From NCBI RefSeq assembly GCF_009914755.1, contig NC_060942.1: DNA of 64,000 nucleotides; one strand, written 5' to 3'. The DNA is from the human T2T-CHM13v2.0 reference genome, Homo sapiens. Both the position numbers and the translations under genes were made by a program. The notes under the pieces are model-generated. The model searched no databases, was not told where the DNA came from, and worked only from the letters and a program-made list of their open reading frames with translations. Of the stretch, positions 28,555 to 44,244 are shown piece after piece (the first letter of the stretch is position 1; the number at the start of each line of letters is the position of its first letter).

Positions 28555-28760
28555 GAGCTTTGGCATTTAACAGATGTGGGTGTAATCACAGCTGAATAAC
28601 CCTTGGCAAACGTTGGCAATCATTCTAATCCTCAGAACACTTATCTTTAAAATGGGCAAAAAATATTTCATAGGGTTGTTGTGGGCGTTAAATCGTGCCT
28701 GTAACTTGTTGAACAGAATCTCCTGCATATAGTAAGCACCAAATAAATAGTATCTATTTA
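28555..28760 (+). mobile_element. MIR
   Basis: ccttggcaaac...cttatctttaaaatggg...catagggttgttgtg...atagtaagcacc. Confidence 0.7.
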
Positions 28761-30026
28761 GAAAAAAATTAAATAATTTCACTACATTGTACATTTAAGT
28801 AACAAAATGCATTAGGGTCAACTTCAACCCTCTTTAAAATATGGCTGTTTTTAAGATCTGTGACTGAATGTCATACCTAATTCTTTAAAGAGATCAATAA
28901 AATCTTTCAGTGTATTTTTGAAATTTATGGTTTTATACAATATAGATTTTATATACTAAAAATACTTCTATAAAATAAAAGTATTTTTAGTAAAACTTTC
29001 ATAAGTAATTGCTTCTTCCATAAAATATTGGTAATAATCTGTACAATGTTGAAATATATTTCCACATACTGTTTCACCATAAACTATACCTTTTAAGAAA
29101 TAAATTATAAAGTAGTAAATAGTAAATAGGCTTTCCTATTTCAAGCTATTTTTTGCTATATTTCATTTCAGCAATTGTTATTGGAATGAGAAAGACACAT
29201 ACTGCATGGTGAGGAGAATACTCATACGATAATGGAGATATGTGTTGTTTATATTAAGAACGCTTTAAATCCAAAATTGTTTCCTAAAACAATATGCACC
29301 CCTCAAATATAAATAAACTTTATAACTCATGCCAAAATAACTTTGAAAAAGGGAAAAAATTAACTTACCTTATCAAAGAAACATATGAAAATTTCAAGAT
29401 GAAATTCAAGTTTTCTTTCTTGCACAAATTAACAAGCTCGAGGAAAGTTTATCAGTTTTTATCTATTAATTTAGTTGCCTGTTCTTTCTGAAACTAAACA
29501 AAATAAATCAAATACATTTCTCTACTTAGGATAATAAGTAGAATGTTGACACTAATACTAAACTACAAAGTTCAACCCTTCGAGAGGGATCAATTAATAG
29601 GTATTCATACCACAAGACTGTATATACTCTAAAACGTAAATAAGAAACCCTTCTGGTTTTATTCTGCTTGGTGTCTCTGCAGACTGGCGAGTGCTAATTT
29701 AGATTAATGGTATCAGCTGTATCCTCTACTCACTAACCACCTCTTTGCATTTGTTATCTCTCACAGCTGTTTTCTCTTGCAGAGAGAAAGGAGTACTTTA
29801 AAGTGAGTCATCATGAAGCTACAGTACAGGTGGTGCTGGTAATAGTGATGAGTTTGCCTATAAAAACACTTTTTGGGGTATTTATTAAAGAGTAATTGTT
29901 GTCATTTGTGTTATGTTGTAGCTGTCATGATAATGTAGTAACATGCTAGTTAATGGTGTAATGTTAATGGCGTAATGTACCACTATCTGGGATAACAAAC
30001 TTATTTCCTGAATTAACACTCAATAG

Positions 30027-30365
<339 letters not shown>

Positions 30366-31913
30366 TCATCTTTTGCAATACAAAATCATCATCAACAATA
30401 AATTTATAATTTTCCAGCATTTCTCTGCGATCTCAGGTGGTCTCAGGTAACTTATATTTATAGCCTCATTAATCTTCAAAGCCACCGTGTTATTTCTATT
30501 CAGGACATGAAAAATCATGAGATTCAGCGCTATGAAGTGATTGCACAACAAGTGAATGGCCTTCCCTGGCTGGCTGATTTTCCCCCTGTGCAACGCTTTA
30601 CTGACTCTTCAAAGTCTGCTGAGATTCTGTGGATATTTTATAAGGCATTATATATAAAGAAAAAGCAGCCCTTTGAAGTACAAATGTAATTACTAAGGCC
30701 CATGTAGCCAGATGCTTCGTACAAATACATACATATTAATATGTATACATAAATTGTTCCTTTACTTAAAATTAATGTTTATGTCTTAGTAACTGATATT
30801 TCTCTTAGCAAAACAATGATAAAATTTTAAAAATAAATAAAACAAGCAAAAAAAAAACCCTTAATACGTAGTTGAGGTAGAAAGCCAGACTTTGTAGTGT
30901 TACAATGGCTTTTTTTTTTTTTTTTTTAACAAAAAAGAAACAGTCAAGCTGTTCCTCAGGAGACAGAGAAGCGTTTGTTTTGCAGCTTGCAAAGCGCAGT
31001 TACATCAGAACAGGAGTGAGAATGAGGGAAAGAGAGAAGATCCAGGGGAGGGTTGGACCCTATTTGTTGCCTGGAAAGTTGATGGGAAAATTGATGAGAA
31101 AATTACCATCTCATGGGGCCCAAGAACAAACAAAATTAAACATCTCTGTTCCATGATCCTGAATATGTGTTGGCTGCAATAATATGAAGCCCTTCCTGTT
31201 ATCTTCTGTTCTTCCTTAGTCTCCTTCACTTATGAATGCTTTGTAGAGGGTAGATTGTGGGCATACTGAGGGGAAAGCAAGAGCCTCGATTTTTTCAACT
31301 GTAATTTCGTGACGATGGCAAATATTATCACAGGTAAGCAAAGGTGACCGATAAAATAAGACTTTGTTGACAAAACAGACGAAAATACTCCAGGGAAGGC
31401 CTTAGATACACTTAGATATTGGACTGTCAATGAGGAGCTGCCAAGCCATATAGGACTCTGAGTTAGTTATACTGGATGGCCCAGAGGGGTCCACAGATGC
31501 AGGAGGCTGTCCCGTCTCAGACTCTGTCCAATTCTCTGCTGTGCCATCCTTATCAGTGGACTTTGCTTTTATGAAATGAAAATAATGACTCCCACTTTAG
31601 GCTCCATGTCTATAGTCCAAGTAGGAAGAAGAACAGGCAACAATTATGAGCCAGCAAGTCCTACTCTTTTAGGTCAAAAACAATAGCATTCCCAGGATCC
31701 CCCCTCCACTGACTTTTCCTCACACATCGGTGACGCGAACTGGTTCAGGTGTCTGTGCCAGGCTGGGCAGGTGATCACCTAAGGAGACAGACTGATATTC
31801 TGAACAAAATTGAGATTCTGTCCTTAACATGGTGAAATATTAGTACGAGGCTAAAGGCTGGGAGACTCTAAGTGAAACCTAGGATATCATTTCTCTTTTA
31901 AAAAACAATTCTT

Positions 31914-32527
31914 TTTTTTTTAATTTTTCATTTTTGTATATTTTTTATTATACTTTAAGTTTTAGGGTACATGTGCACAACGTGCAGGTTAGTTACATAT
32001 GTATACATGTGCCATGTTGGTGTGCTGCACCCATTAACTCGTCATTTAACATTAGGTATATCTCCTAATGCTATCCCTCCCCACTCCCCCCACCTCACAA
32101 CAGGCCCCGGTGTATGATGTTCCTCTTCCTGTGTCCACATGCTCTCATTGTTCAATTCCCATCTATGAGTGAGAATATGCGGTGTTTGGTTTTTTGTTCA
32201 TGCGATAGTTTGCTAAGAATGACGGTTTCCAGCTTCATCCATGTCCCTACAAAGACATGAACTCATCATTTTTTATGGCTGCATAGTATTCCATGGTGTA
32301 TATGTACCACATTTTCTTAATCCAGTCTATCATTGTTGGACATTTGGGTTGGTTCCAAGTCTTTGCTATTGTGAATAGTGCCGCAATAAACATATGTGTG
32401 ATGTGTCTTTATAACAGCATGATTTATAATTCTTTGGGTATATACCCAGTAATGGGATGGCTGGGTCAAATGGTATTTCTAGTTCTAGATCCCTGAGGAA
32501 TTGCCACACTGACTTCTGCAATGGTTG
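31914..32527 (-). mobile_element. 5'-truncated primate L1PA (about PA3-PA4) 3' end
   Basis: L1PA 3' UTR and end of ORF2 (VWQFLRDLELEIPFDPAIPLLGIYPK); 12-bp TSD aaaacaattctt at 31902-31913 and 32528-32539. Confidence 0.95.
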
Positions 32528-33305
32528 AAAACAATTCTTAATTTTGAAGAGCCCAAAGGTGCAGATAACTCTCCTAAACTTTAACAACCCTCTAAATGCT
32601 CATGCTAGTCCTACCATAGAGTTAATGTAAATGGTAGTTTTCTGGATTAGACTCATTAAGGAAATCCCAGATGGGTCTCAGGCTGCCAGTTAGGAATAAC
32701 CAGAAGAAGGCTTGCATATAGCCACTGCATTAATTAGAATCTCCACAAGGCAGAGGATGTGTTTCATCTGCTGTGGCAATGGCAACACCTAGGGATTCGT
32801 GTCAACCATCACATTACAACACTAACGTGGCTGGACCTTCCCTCTGGGTTTTCCAAGGCTGCCCACCTCCAGCATGTTTCAAAAAATCATTACATTCCAT
32901 AACATGGTGACCAAAGAGACCTAGTATTTTATTTTCAATAAAGAGGCAATGTTTTTCCCTTTTAGATTTTGATAGCCTTGAAGAATACCATCTTGAAACT
33001 GAACTCGACTTTGCAGATCCACTGTGATCTATATTGTTTTTCCTGATAGAGTTGATTTTTTAGACTGTTTGGGAAATTATGCAAGCAGCCCCAGTCTAAC
33101 AATTAGAAGAATGAAATTGTATTCTGTGATCTATTTAAAGACTTTGGGGAAATAGTTTAACTTGCCTGGCTTTCAATTTTTTGTTTATAAAACCAGCAGT
33201 TTGGAATAGATGACTCTGAGCTTACTTCAGTTAACACACACTCTCCTCCATTCGGTAACAGCTTGATTATACATTCTTTAATAGTCTTTAAAAAATGCCC
33301 ACATT

Positions 33306-33611
<306 letters not shown>

Positions 33612-35184
33612 CTATGTAGATCATTTGTTATATTTTCTTTTCATTATAAAGCAAAGATGTGTTCACTTCACCTCCACTCATTCCCAAAGAAGACTGAGAA
33701 GGCAGTGACATCTCAGCAATAGCCTAAAATCAAAAGTAATGTGTAAATGTTGGCTTATGTCTGGACTTGACCCTCAGTAAGACCTTGATGGTAATTAATT
33801 AGAGTCACTCACTGACAGTTTTCAATTTCAGCAATTAAATCACCCCAAATACCTATAAATGTATATAAGCAATTAAATACTTCTTTCTAATAAGGGACAA
33901 AAACTACGCTGTATAAAAATGCCTTATAAATGTAATTTTATGTAGAAAATATTTGCAACAATAAATGTGGTAATCCTGATGAGGTAGCAAAGGAGTGCCT
34001 GGAGCATAGGAGTGGAGAGGGGAACAGTGGGTAGCAGTGATGGAGTAGAAATAAAAAATTATTGAAAATATATGATAATAAATGATCAATAAAGTACACT
34101 ATGTTTAGTAAGGTAAATTAATTAAAAGAATAATCACTGCCTTTCTTTCTGAAATAAATTCAAAGTATGCTTTGAATCTATCACTGTTCCATTCATTCCA
34201 AGAATAAATTCCCACAAAAAACTAAAAATTAATCATGTTAATAACCCAGATCATTGAAAAAAATTATTTAATAGAAGAATATGACTTAAATAGGTTGATT
34301 TTCACATTAAAGTTTTGTTTATTTGCTACGCCATGTCTCTTGTGATTTTAAAAAATCACATATTTTTATTATTACCTAGCATATCCTAATCACCTTTATA
34401 TAAAGGAATACTATTATTACTAGTATTGACATTAGTTAACAATTTAGTAATTTAGAGAAGTATGTTTAATTTAAATTCACTCTGCTATTCTTGCTGACAG
34501 CTATTGCTTCAATTTCCAGGTCCCAAAAGAGATAAAAACCTCATCACATCCATCTCATTCTTGGAATACTTATGACAGAAAAATAAATGGACCTGACCAC
34601 TCTCTCCCTCACAGTAATGCAGTTCATTGGGTTAATTGATTTTAAAGAAAGTCTACTCATACATGATGCCTGTTAATTGTTAATAAAGAGTCATTTTTAA
34701 GGAAAAATATAGGAAATCATGACTGGAATACTTAGTAAAATTGTGATATAAGACTGAGGTGGAAGAAGTTTATTCTAATGTATAATAATTTACTTAATCT
34801 AGAATATCAGATTGGAAAACACATATGTCACAATGTCAGTAATGGGACAGATGGAAATTACATACACAATGATACAGAAAGGTAGGGCCTGAAAAACGTC
34901 AAAGATACTTAGAATAAACAGGAATTTATTTTGTTGACAGTTGGCAACTGTAGTCCAAACTGACTGAAGCTACAAGAAGCATTGGGAAACTTTTGAAGGT
35001 TGCAGAACAAGAGATGGTGGAGAAGAGGTAGGGGTTAGCAAAGATAGTATATATGTAATTTTAAAATGAATTCAACAAAAGAAAGAGAAAATGAGGCTAT
35101 TTCTGGATTTCAAAGCCAAGGGTAGGACTGATATTTAACTGGTTCAGACTTCTGCTTTCTGAGTTTAGTAAACGGTTTAACTTA

Positions 35185-35810
35185 TATTAGTCCTTTGTCA
35201 GATGTATAGATTGTGAAGATTTCCTCCCACTCTGTGGGTTGTCTGTTTACTCTGCTGATTTTTCCTTTTGCCATACAAAAGTTCTGTAGTTTAATTGAGT
35301 CCCAGTTATTCATCTTTGTTTTTATTGCATTTGCTTTTATGTTCTTGGTCATGAAATTCTTGCCTAAGCCAATGTCTAGAAGGGTTTTTCCAATGTTGTC
35401 TTCTAGAATTTTATAGTTTCAGGTCTTGGATTTAAGTTCTTAATTCATCTTGAGCTGATTTTTGTGTAAGATAAGAGATGAGGATTCAGTTTCATTCTCC
35501 TACTTGTGGCTAGCCAATTATACCAGCACCATTTGTTGAAAAGGGTGTCCTTTCTCCACGTTATGTTTTTGTTTGCTTTGTCAAAGATCAGTTGGCTGTA
35601 AGTATTTAGATTTATTTCTGGGTTCTCTATTCTGTTCCATTGGTCTGTGTGCCTATTTTTATACCAGCACCATGCTGTTTTGGTGACTATGGCTTTATAG
35701 TATAGTTCAAAATCAGGTAGTGTGATGCCTCCAGATTTGTTCTCTTTGCTTAGTCTTGTTTTGGCTATGCAGGCTCTTTTTTGGTTACATAAGCATTTTA
35801 GAATTGTTTT
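35185..35810 (-). mobile_element. L1PB-type ORF2 fragment
   Basis: ORF 35445..35813 gives [40 protein letters not shown], typical L1 ORF2. Confidence 0.92.
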
Positions 35811-37262
35811 CATGGCAGATGAGAGGCAGGACTAGATTGCAGCTCTGACTCAGATGGACAGAGCAGCGTGCCGAGGCTCGCATACTGAATTTTAGCTCCA
35901 GAACAACTGCAGGAATAACTTAGGAATCCTGAGAGAACCCACAGACCTTCTGAAGGAAGTGGACTGCTCCTGTAGGACCCAGGAGACATCCTAAATACTG
36001 TGAATGCCCAAACTGCAGAAGTGGGAAAGGGAGATCCTCCACCCTCGAACACACACCCCCACTGGGGAAACTGAAGTTCTAGTTTGTGGGAGACGATTCC
36101 AACCTTACCTGGAGCTGAGTTAATTTAAAAAGCTGAGAGAAATACAGGGCTAGAGGAAGCACCAGGAAAGGCCCCAGGAGCTTGCTGGGTCCCCAAGCAG
36201 GCCATTCCTGCCTGGCATCACAGGGATTTTTCAAGAGGGCAGCCAGAGGTGTGGGAAAAACGCCACAGGGAGAAGGAAGTCTCTAGCTGAACTTTGTAAC
36301 AATTTGAACTGGTCAAAAACCTCCTGTCCAGAACTTGGGGGGAGGGCACGAATCTGGCTTGCAGACTGCACAAGTGGCAGAAGAACTAAAGCCCCTTTCT
36401 CTTGCAGCTGGGAGGCGGGTAGCCTGGGGCAAGTTCTCAGCTCTGCTTGCCCACTGCCTGGAAACAGACTTGGTGCTATTGGTGGGGGCACGATGGGAGT
36501 GAGAACAGCTCTTCAGATTGTGTGGGACAAAAAGGCCTGTGACTGCCGGCTTTTCCCTACTTCCCTGACAACCTGCATGACTCAGCAGAGGTTGCCATAA
36601 TCCTCCTAGGTTCACAGCTCCATTGACCTGGGAAACTCACCTCCATCCCCGACAGCAGCCGCCAAAAGACCCGCCCAAGGAGAGTCTGAGATCAGACAAG
36701 CCTAGCCCTGCCCAATCTGATGGTTCTTTCCTACCCACCCTGGTAGCTGAAGGCAAAGGGCATATACTCTTGGGAAGTCTAGGGCCCCACCCACTACCAG
36801 TTCTTCTCCATACTACTACAGCTGATGCTCTCTGGAAAGCACCACCTCCTGGCAGGAGGCCAACCCACACAAAAATAGAACATTAAATCACCAAAGCCAA
36901 GAACACTCACAGAGTCCATTTCACATCCCTGCCACCTCCACAGAAACAGGTGCTGGTATCCAAGTCTGAGACCCATAGATGGTTCACATCACAGGACTCT
37001 GTGTAGACAACCCCCAGTACCAGTCCAGAGCCTGGTAGACTTCCTGGGTGGCTAGACCCATAAAAGAAATAACAATCACTACAGCTCAGCTCTCAGGAAG
37101 CCACATCCATAGGAAAAGGGGGAGAGTACTACATCAAAGAAACACCCTGTGGGACAACAGAATCTGAACAACAGCCTTCAGCCCTAGACCTTCTCTCTGA
37201 TAGCGCCTACTCAAATGAGAAGGAATGAGAAAACCAACTCTGGTAATATGACGAACGAGGCT
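35811..37262 (+). mobile_element. L1PB-type 5' UTR to ORF1 start, opposite orientation to the adjacent ORF2 piece
   Basis: gaggcaggactagattgcagctc 5' UTR start; ends at atgagaaggaatgagaaaaccaactctggtaatatgac (ORF1 start). Confidence 0.8.
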
Positions 37263-40200
37263 CTTTTCTGATAGTTCTTATCGTCAGTCATTAGTATATG
37301 TGAACTCTCCCTTTATGGCCTTCCCTGGCTCTATTTGTCAGGCATTTTGATTCTGACAGCTTTCCCAGCCCCACATGCCTTTTCCCTGTGCTGATGATAC
37401 TAATTTGTATTAAGCTACCACTGTGAGTATAACAACCCTATCTGAGTCAGGCATGAGCCACTGCGCCCCGCCTTATTAACTTATTTAATACTCATCACAC
37501 AGTGAAGAATATACAGAGACTGCCAACCCCTCATTCAATGGAAATTAGAAGGGGACACAGCTCATAATTGACTGATACGGAAACCTGGCTCAAGGGGCTT
37601 TGGGTATAAAAACTTTGCTACTGTCAATTTACTTGCTTATCTTTTGGAAATAATTTGTTTTTTGTTTGTTTGTTTTTCTCTCTAGCTCCTTTTAAAATGT
37701 TTATTTTTGAAAATCTGAAATTTTATCAAAACATATCTAGATATGTGTATATTTTTACTTATCCTACACAGAACATTCTGTTGCTTCAATCTATTCATTT
37801 TGAATTTTCTAGAAATTTCTCCACAATTAGATCATCTAATATTTTTGTTTCTGCATCATTTATTTTTTCTATCTTTACCTCTTAATATAAGTATGTTGGG
37901 CAGTTTCCTGTGTCCTTCATGTCTTTTTACTCCATTTTCATATTTTCTCATTTCTTTCTCCTTTTCATCCCACCTCTTTTCTCCCTAAGCCAAATTCTAG
38001 TAAATTCCTTCAGATCTATTATTCAGTTAATAAATGTATTCTGCAGAAAATATTTAACACAACCAACACACATATTTTTTAAATGTATTATTATTATTTA
38101 AAGTTACTTGGCCTTATTGTGATTTCTGTTGAATATTTATACTTTTTTTATTTCCTTTCAAATTGTTCTTTTCTTATGTCCTTTACCTTCTTATTAATTG
38201 TGTCTCTTCACCAGTCCTTATGTAATGGATATTTCACTGATTTTAATTTACAGTTGTTTGCACTTTCTTTTCTAGGTATTTTTCCCCGACTTGCAGCAGC
38301 ACATCCCATTTCCTTGAGTTATGAAAGTGTTCCCCTGAGAGGTAACGTATTTTCTTCTTCCTTGTAAACAAGGGGTTTCACGCATTTGGGACAAATGTTT
38401 TTCATTAACATCTATTTAGATTTCACACTATAATCATACATTTTGATCTCATACCGTGAATAGCATAATTCTTGGGTTTAGATTTTTCAAAGCAGACTTT
38501 TTTTTTTTAAAGAGCCGTAAAAGGCAAGTGATCAACCCATCTAACTTGCTGCTTTTTGTGTGTGCTGGTAGGTGAAATATTTCTAACCTAATATCCTAAT
38601 ACCCTAATAATGGTGCCTATCAGTACATTCATAGTCCTAGCTTTATATTGGGGCCTCAGTTCCAGTTTTTCACATTTTACAGATTCAAGACAACATATTT
38701 TGCTCCAATTAGAATATTTAAAACACCAATTAGGGCCTAATTTTGGATGGAATACACACCTGAGTTTGAGCTCACACACAGTATTTTACCATGTATGAGT
38801 TTCTTCATTTCCAACATAAGAAGTTTTGTTTCTTGTTTATGAAGCCATGCTTTAAACAATTTAAAAAAATTTTTGTTTAAATCATTGATTTTTTAAATGT
38901 ATTTTTAAGCAAGGACATTTAAATTTCTTTATCTTAAATGAGATGGCTGTATGACTTTTCTAATTCATAAACTGCTAATAAATTGCTATTCTTTTTTGAA
39001 GGAAGTGGTTTTTTATTGAAGAAATTTTTTAGTAGAATGTTAAAATACAAATTCATAATATACTTGAGTTGTAAAACCGCAATAAAATAAATGGTTAAGT
39101 ATCTACTCACTCAAATTAAGAAATATACCATTTCTATTACAGAGACTCCAGTAACACCCTTCCTCCTCCCAAAGGTAACTACTGTCATGATTTTGGGCAT
39201 ATCATTCTCTTGCTTTTCTAAAAAATGTTTTATTTATACATAGGATTATTTTCATGAATCAATATGAGGTGTTTAAACATAGCCAATCAATATAGTGTTT
39301 CACTTCAATTTTAACTTGAATGCCCCATGTATTGTTGAGATGCTTATACATCTTTGTAACGTTTGGAGAGGGAAGAAATTGATTTATATATTTTTGAGTT
39401 TTTTTGTTTTTTGAGGTTTTTGATTTTTCATTGATTTCTCATTTATCATTTTGGCTCTGGGGGAAAAAAGTCATATCATTATTAAATTTGAGCTCTTGTT
39501 CTAAGAGCCTGCTCCCCACATTCCCCTCCAATCACCTCACATTCTTCTCACTGAATCCTCTTTCCCAGCTTACTCCTGCACCTGCCTCCACGGGATGCCA
39601 AACTAGACTGGAGGCTAACCCCTAAGGAGGCCCCCTCCCCATCACCTCACAAGCTAAGCATCCCAGCTGAGAGGCCAGGTGAGAGAAGTGATCTGGTTGG
39701 TAAATACGGTTCCTCAAAACTGGGTCCTACGCTTTGGCCTTCTCCTTTGTTCTGTGGCCTCTTAAAAGGGGGGACATCCAAATCTTTGCATTCAGTGGTG
39801 ACCTATGAATTACAAATTTCTATTTCCAGCTCAACTTTCCTCTGGCTCCAGAGACCCTTTGTATCCGTCCACCTATCTACATCTCGTTTTCAATATCTTA
39901 AAAACATTCAAGCCAAAACCCAAGGATACCCAAACACATAGAATCTGAACGTGTTCTCCCCACACTCTTGCATTGGTTTGTGTGAGTAGTGAAGGACTTC
40001 TCTTCCACTGGTCTCTAGACCATAACTTTTTCAAAGTCAGAGAAGCATTCTTCTTTTGTTCACAATTGTCTCTCTACCATGTGCATGGCAAAGTTTGAAC
40101 TGAAGCAGTGAATGTTTAGTGAATATATTAATTTACAAGAGGGTCGGTTAAGCAAGACCATCACGATTGAAGTGAGATAGCCTGGCCTCTATGCACCGTC

Positions 40201-40359
40201 CTGTGTCACGTCCTAGGCAGAACATCTAGAATTCCCTGTTCCTTTTTACAACAAGCAGCAGCCATCTTTCCGCTTGGAAGACCCTCAGTAAGCGTCCTTG
40301 CCTGGAAAAATCTAATTTTTTTTCTTTGACTCGCAGTTTAAGAGTCATGGAAATAGGAC

Positions 40360-40545
40360 AGGCTTTGTACCCACGTAAACCGCACTTGAATCCTGCCTCT
40401 GGCACCTCCAGGCTGTGGGATTATGTGGATTGCAGCTTCTCGCCTGAGCCTGTATTTTCCATTTCCAAATAAAAAGATAGTTGTGCTAGTGAGGTTAGAA
40501 AAAGACATTGCATATAAAACAATTAACCCAATGGCAGGCAAGTAT
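40360..40545 (+). mobile_element. MIR
   Basis: cttgaatcctgcctctggcac...tgagcctgtattttccattt...gttgtgctagtgaggttaga. Confidence 0.55.
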
Positions 40546-40547
40546 GA

Positions 40548-40925
<378 letters not shown>

Positions 40926-42329
40926 GTGGTACAAATGCAAGTACATTTATCCTTCAATATAGCTTGTAATTATACCGTAATTATCTATTTAATATGCTCC
41001 TTATGAGATCATGAATGTTAATATTTACGTTCCTTTATCCTAGCATAGGTGTCTCACCCACTCATAACTATTTAATGTAGGAAGCTATGATTGCGGGATT
41101 AACTGGACACACTGTAAATATTTTTGAAATATAAAAATGATCATGCTTTTACATGAGCACAAAGTAATCTATTATAAAACTTCATTATATATATACAATA
41201 TGTACACATATAACCATATGTACCATAACACTTTAAATATTTACCATAAATATATCTATTTTCTGCTACTGTAAGTCAAATGCCAAACTAATAAACAATT
41301 TTGATTTTTTACTAGAAGCCTAAGAATTAGTGCAACGAAGTGTCAAATTGTCATGAAACTAGGTAAAATTTATATGTGCAACATTACCTACATTTGTGAA
41401 TTTTAAAGTTTATGTTTTAAGTTTAGATTCATTTCAGGAGAAATCTATCAAATTATTTAAGCTCAGGAGATAGTACAAACAGTCGCTTTATTCTGAGATG
41501 TTTTGAAAGAGCATGGGTGGGAGAAAAGAGAGGTTCTTTAAGAATGGAATTGAAAAGCTGAGATTTCTTGCTCCTGGTAACTATGCTCTCATGTAAGTCT
41601 TTCAACACTTTTCTTATGAAGAAGGACACAGGAAAAGACTCGAGGAATGACAGTGACCTGGTAGATCTCTAGAGTTAAAATGGGAAAAACAAAACCGCTC
41701 TTTAAATTATATCTAATACTGTAGGTTGGGAAATTATATTACCTGAGGGAAGATACAGAAAGCAACCTGAAGCCTCAAAACCTACAGATAGATACCAAAT
41801 CTCCAGCTTTAGGTATCAAATCCAGTTGGTGGTAAGTTAGCTAAGTTTTTTACTTCTTAAAATTGCTAAGAGAAAAATGATTTGAGAAAGCCAAAGGTCA
41901 CTGAACAAAGCAATAAAACTAAATGTTTATTCCAAAAGAGAGAGATTTCAGAGAAAGTGAGAGAGAGAGAGTCTGGGCTCCACTGCAAGCCTGAAACTGT
42001 CCTTGGGACTTTTTTTTTAACATGCTATCATTATGTAATTTGCACAAAAGTCCTACAAGGTAGGTATTTTAGTTCAATTTTTTTCCCGTACTAACGTTAA
42101 GATTCAGAAAGGCCAGAAAACCATGAAAGTTATAGAAGTCACAAATATTTTAGTTGCAAATCTCAAATTTAGTGTGTTCAATGGCAAAGACCTTTCTCAT
42201 TTTCATAATTTTAGGTAATCACTTTGAATAACTAATTCTGGTCCTTGAAATCCGTACTTAAAATGGATATATTTTTATAAAACATACCTGCTTCACAGGA
42301 TCAATTTTATAGAGAGGTGAGGTAGATTT

Positions 42330-42690
42330 ATATTTTCATCTCAACTATTTGCTCCCTTCTCCTCTATAAGATGATTTTCCACCCCTCCCCACTGATTCTG
42401 GGCTTGGCCATGTTACATGTGTGGCTAATGGAAGGTCAGCAAATGTGATATAAGCCAAGAGCCAGCCGAAGTTTCAGAAACATCACTAGAATTTCCTCCA
42501 ACTCTCTTTCCTTCTCAGATGAGAATGGCATGTCTTTAATAAAGCCTCCTCTTTCAGAATAGATTCAGATGAGGAATCTGGAGGGAGAGCCACAGGCGTG
42601 GAACTGCAGCCTCTGATATGTAAGGACAGTGAGAAATCAATGCTTGTTTGCATAAGCCATTGAGTTCATGGGTCCTATCTATCTTAGTGT
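42330..42690 (+). mobile_element. MLT1-type MaLR LTR
   Basis: gggcttggccatgttacatg...ggctaatggaa...gagaaatcaatgcttgtttgcataagccattgag. Confidence 0.6.
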
Positions 42691-43459
42691 TGCCAAGCTA
42701 TTAGTCTTGGTGCTTGAAACCACAAGGCTAAAGTAAATAATCACTGATGTCATTTTAGAATATTCAAAATGCCTATTGACTCCTTGATATAAAAAAACTA
42801 AATATAAATTGTGATTTTTCAAAATCTCTTATCTATATAATACCTTCTATATCACACATATCTATATCATTCATTCATCAAATATATATTACTAGTCTGC
42901 TATGTACCTGGGCCTGTTTTAGACACTATACAAAGAGTGGTTATTAAGACATACAATACATGGTGCCTTCCTTACATGGAGTTTGCACTCTAGAGGGATA
43001 ATTGTTTTTATACTATTTGTTGGTGCATTGAAGTAGTGGTCATCCTAGGCGGGAGGTGGATTGAAGAGCCAGGGAAGTGAGCATCACATTTCCTGGAGGC
43101 TGCCCCTGCCTGGAGATGTCCTTTCTTGGACCACCATGATAGGAATAGGAAGCAAATAAACAGGCAAGTCCTTTATGTCCTCATCTGCCTTTCAATCTGG
43201 CTGCACTACCTCTGCTAGAAGCTCCTGACAGTGGTCAGTCAGCTGGTACAGGAAAGAGTTTGTAGATTCTCAGTTCTAGTCATTCAGAGCAAACAGTAGA
43301 TTGGAAGGTGAAGTGTAATATCTGCCTACCTAACAGGGTCCTTAAAAATATAATACATACAGATAAGCAACTAAAACCATCTGGTCAGAAACGTTCTATA
43401 TATTTGGCAAAAATCTCAATGTAGCTGAGAAAAAAAGCTGGGCTATAGAAAAGGAGTAG

Positions 43460-43851
<392 letters not shown>

Positions 43852-44244
43852 AAAAAGTGCTTTTAATATTATCAATTAATACATGTTAATTACTTTCTTG
43901 ATACATGAAGATTATCCTTACAGAAAGGTGGGCAAACACACTGAATGAAAATGTTCTCATAAGATACACCTAAGCAACGATCTACTTAGAATAACTGCCT
44001 TATAAAAAGCCAAAACGTTTAAATTACACTTTCATTCATAAAGTTAGCCCATATGAGGAGCTAAAAATCTATGGTTTCTAAATAATACTGAATTGACATG
44101 TACTTCAAGTAATTTATTCTAAATGTTACTCTAAGTTTGTTGTGCTTTAAAGCTTCCCAATTTTTGTATTTTGAGTGTGACGATTTTGTTTAGGAAACAC
44201 ACCCTGCTAATTAAATTTTTTAAAAAGGAGAAAGACTTCTATAT

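Noticed and set aside
35445-36976. ORFs of 60-122 aa
   Set aside because: Degenerate L1 ORF2 and chance frames in an L1 5' UTR.
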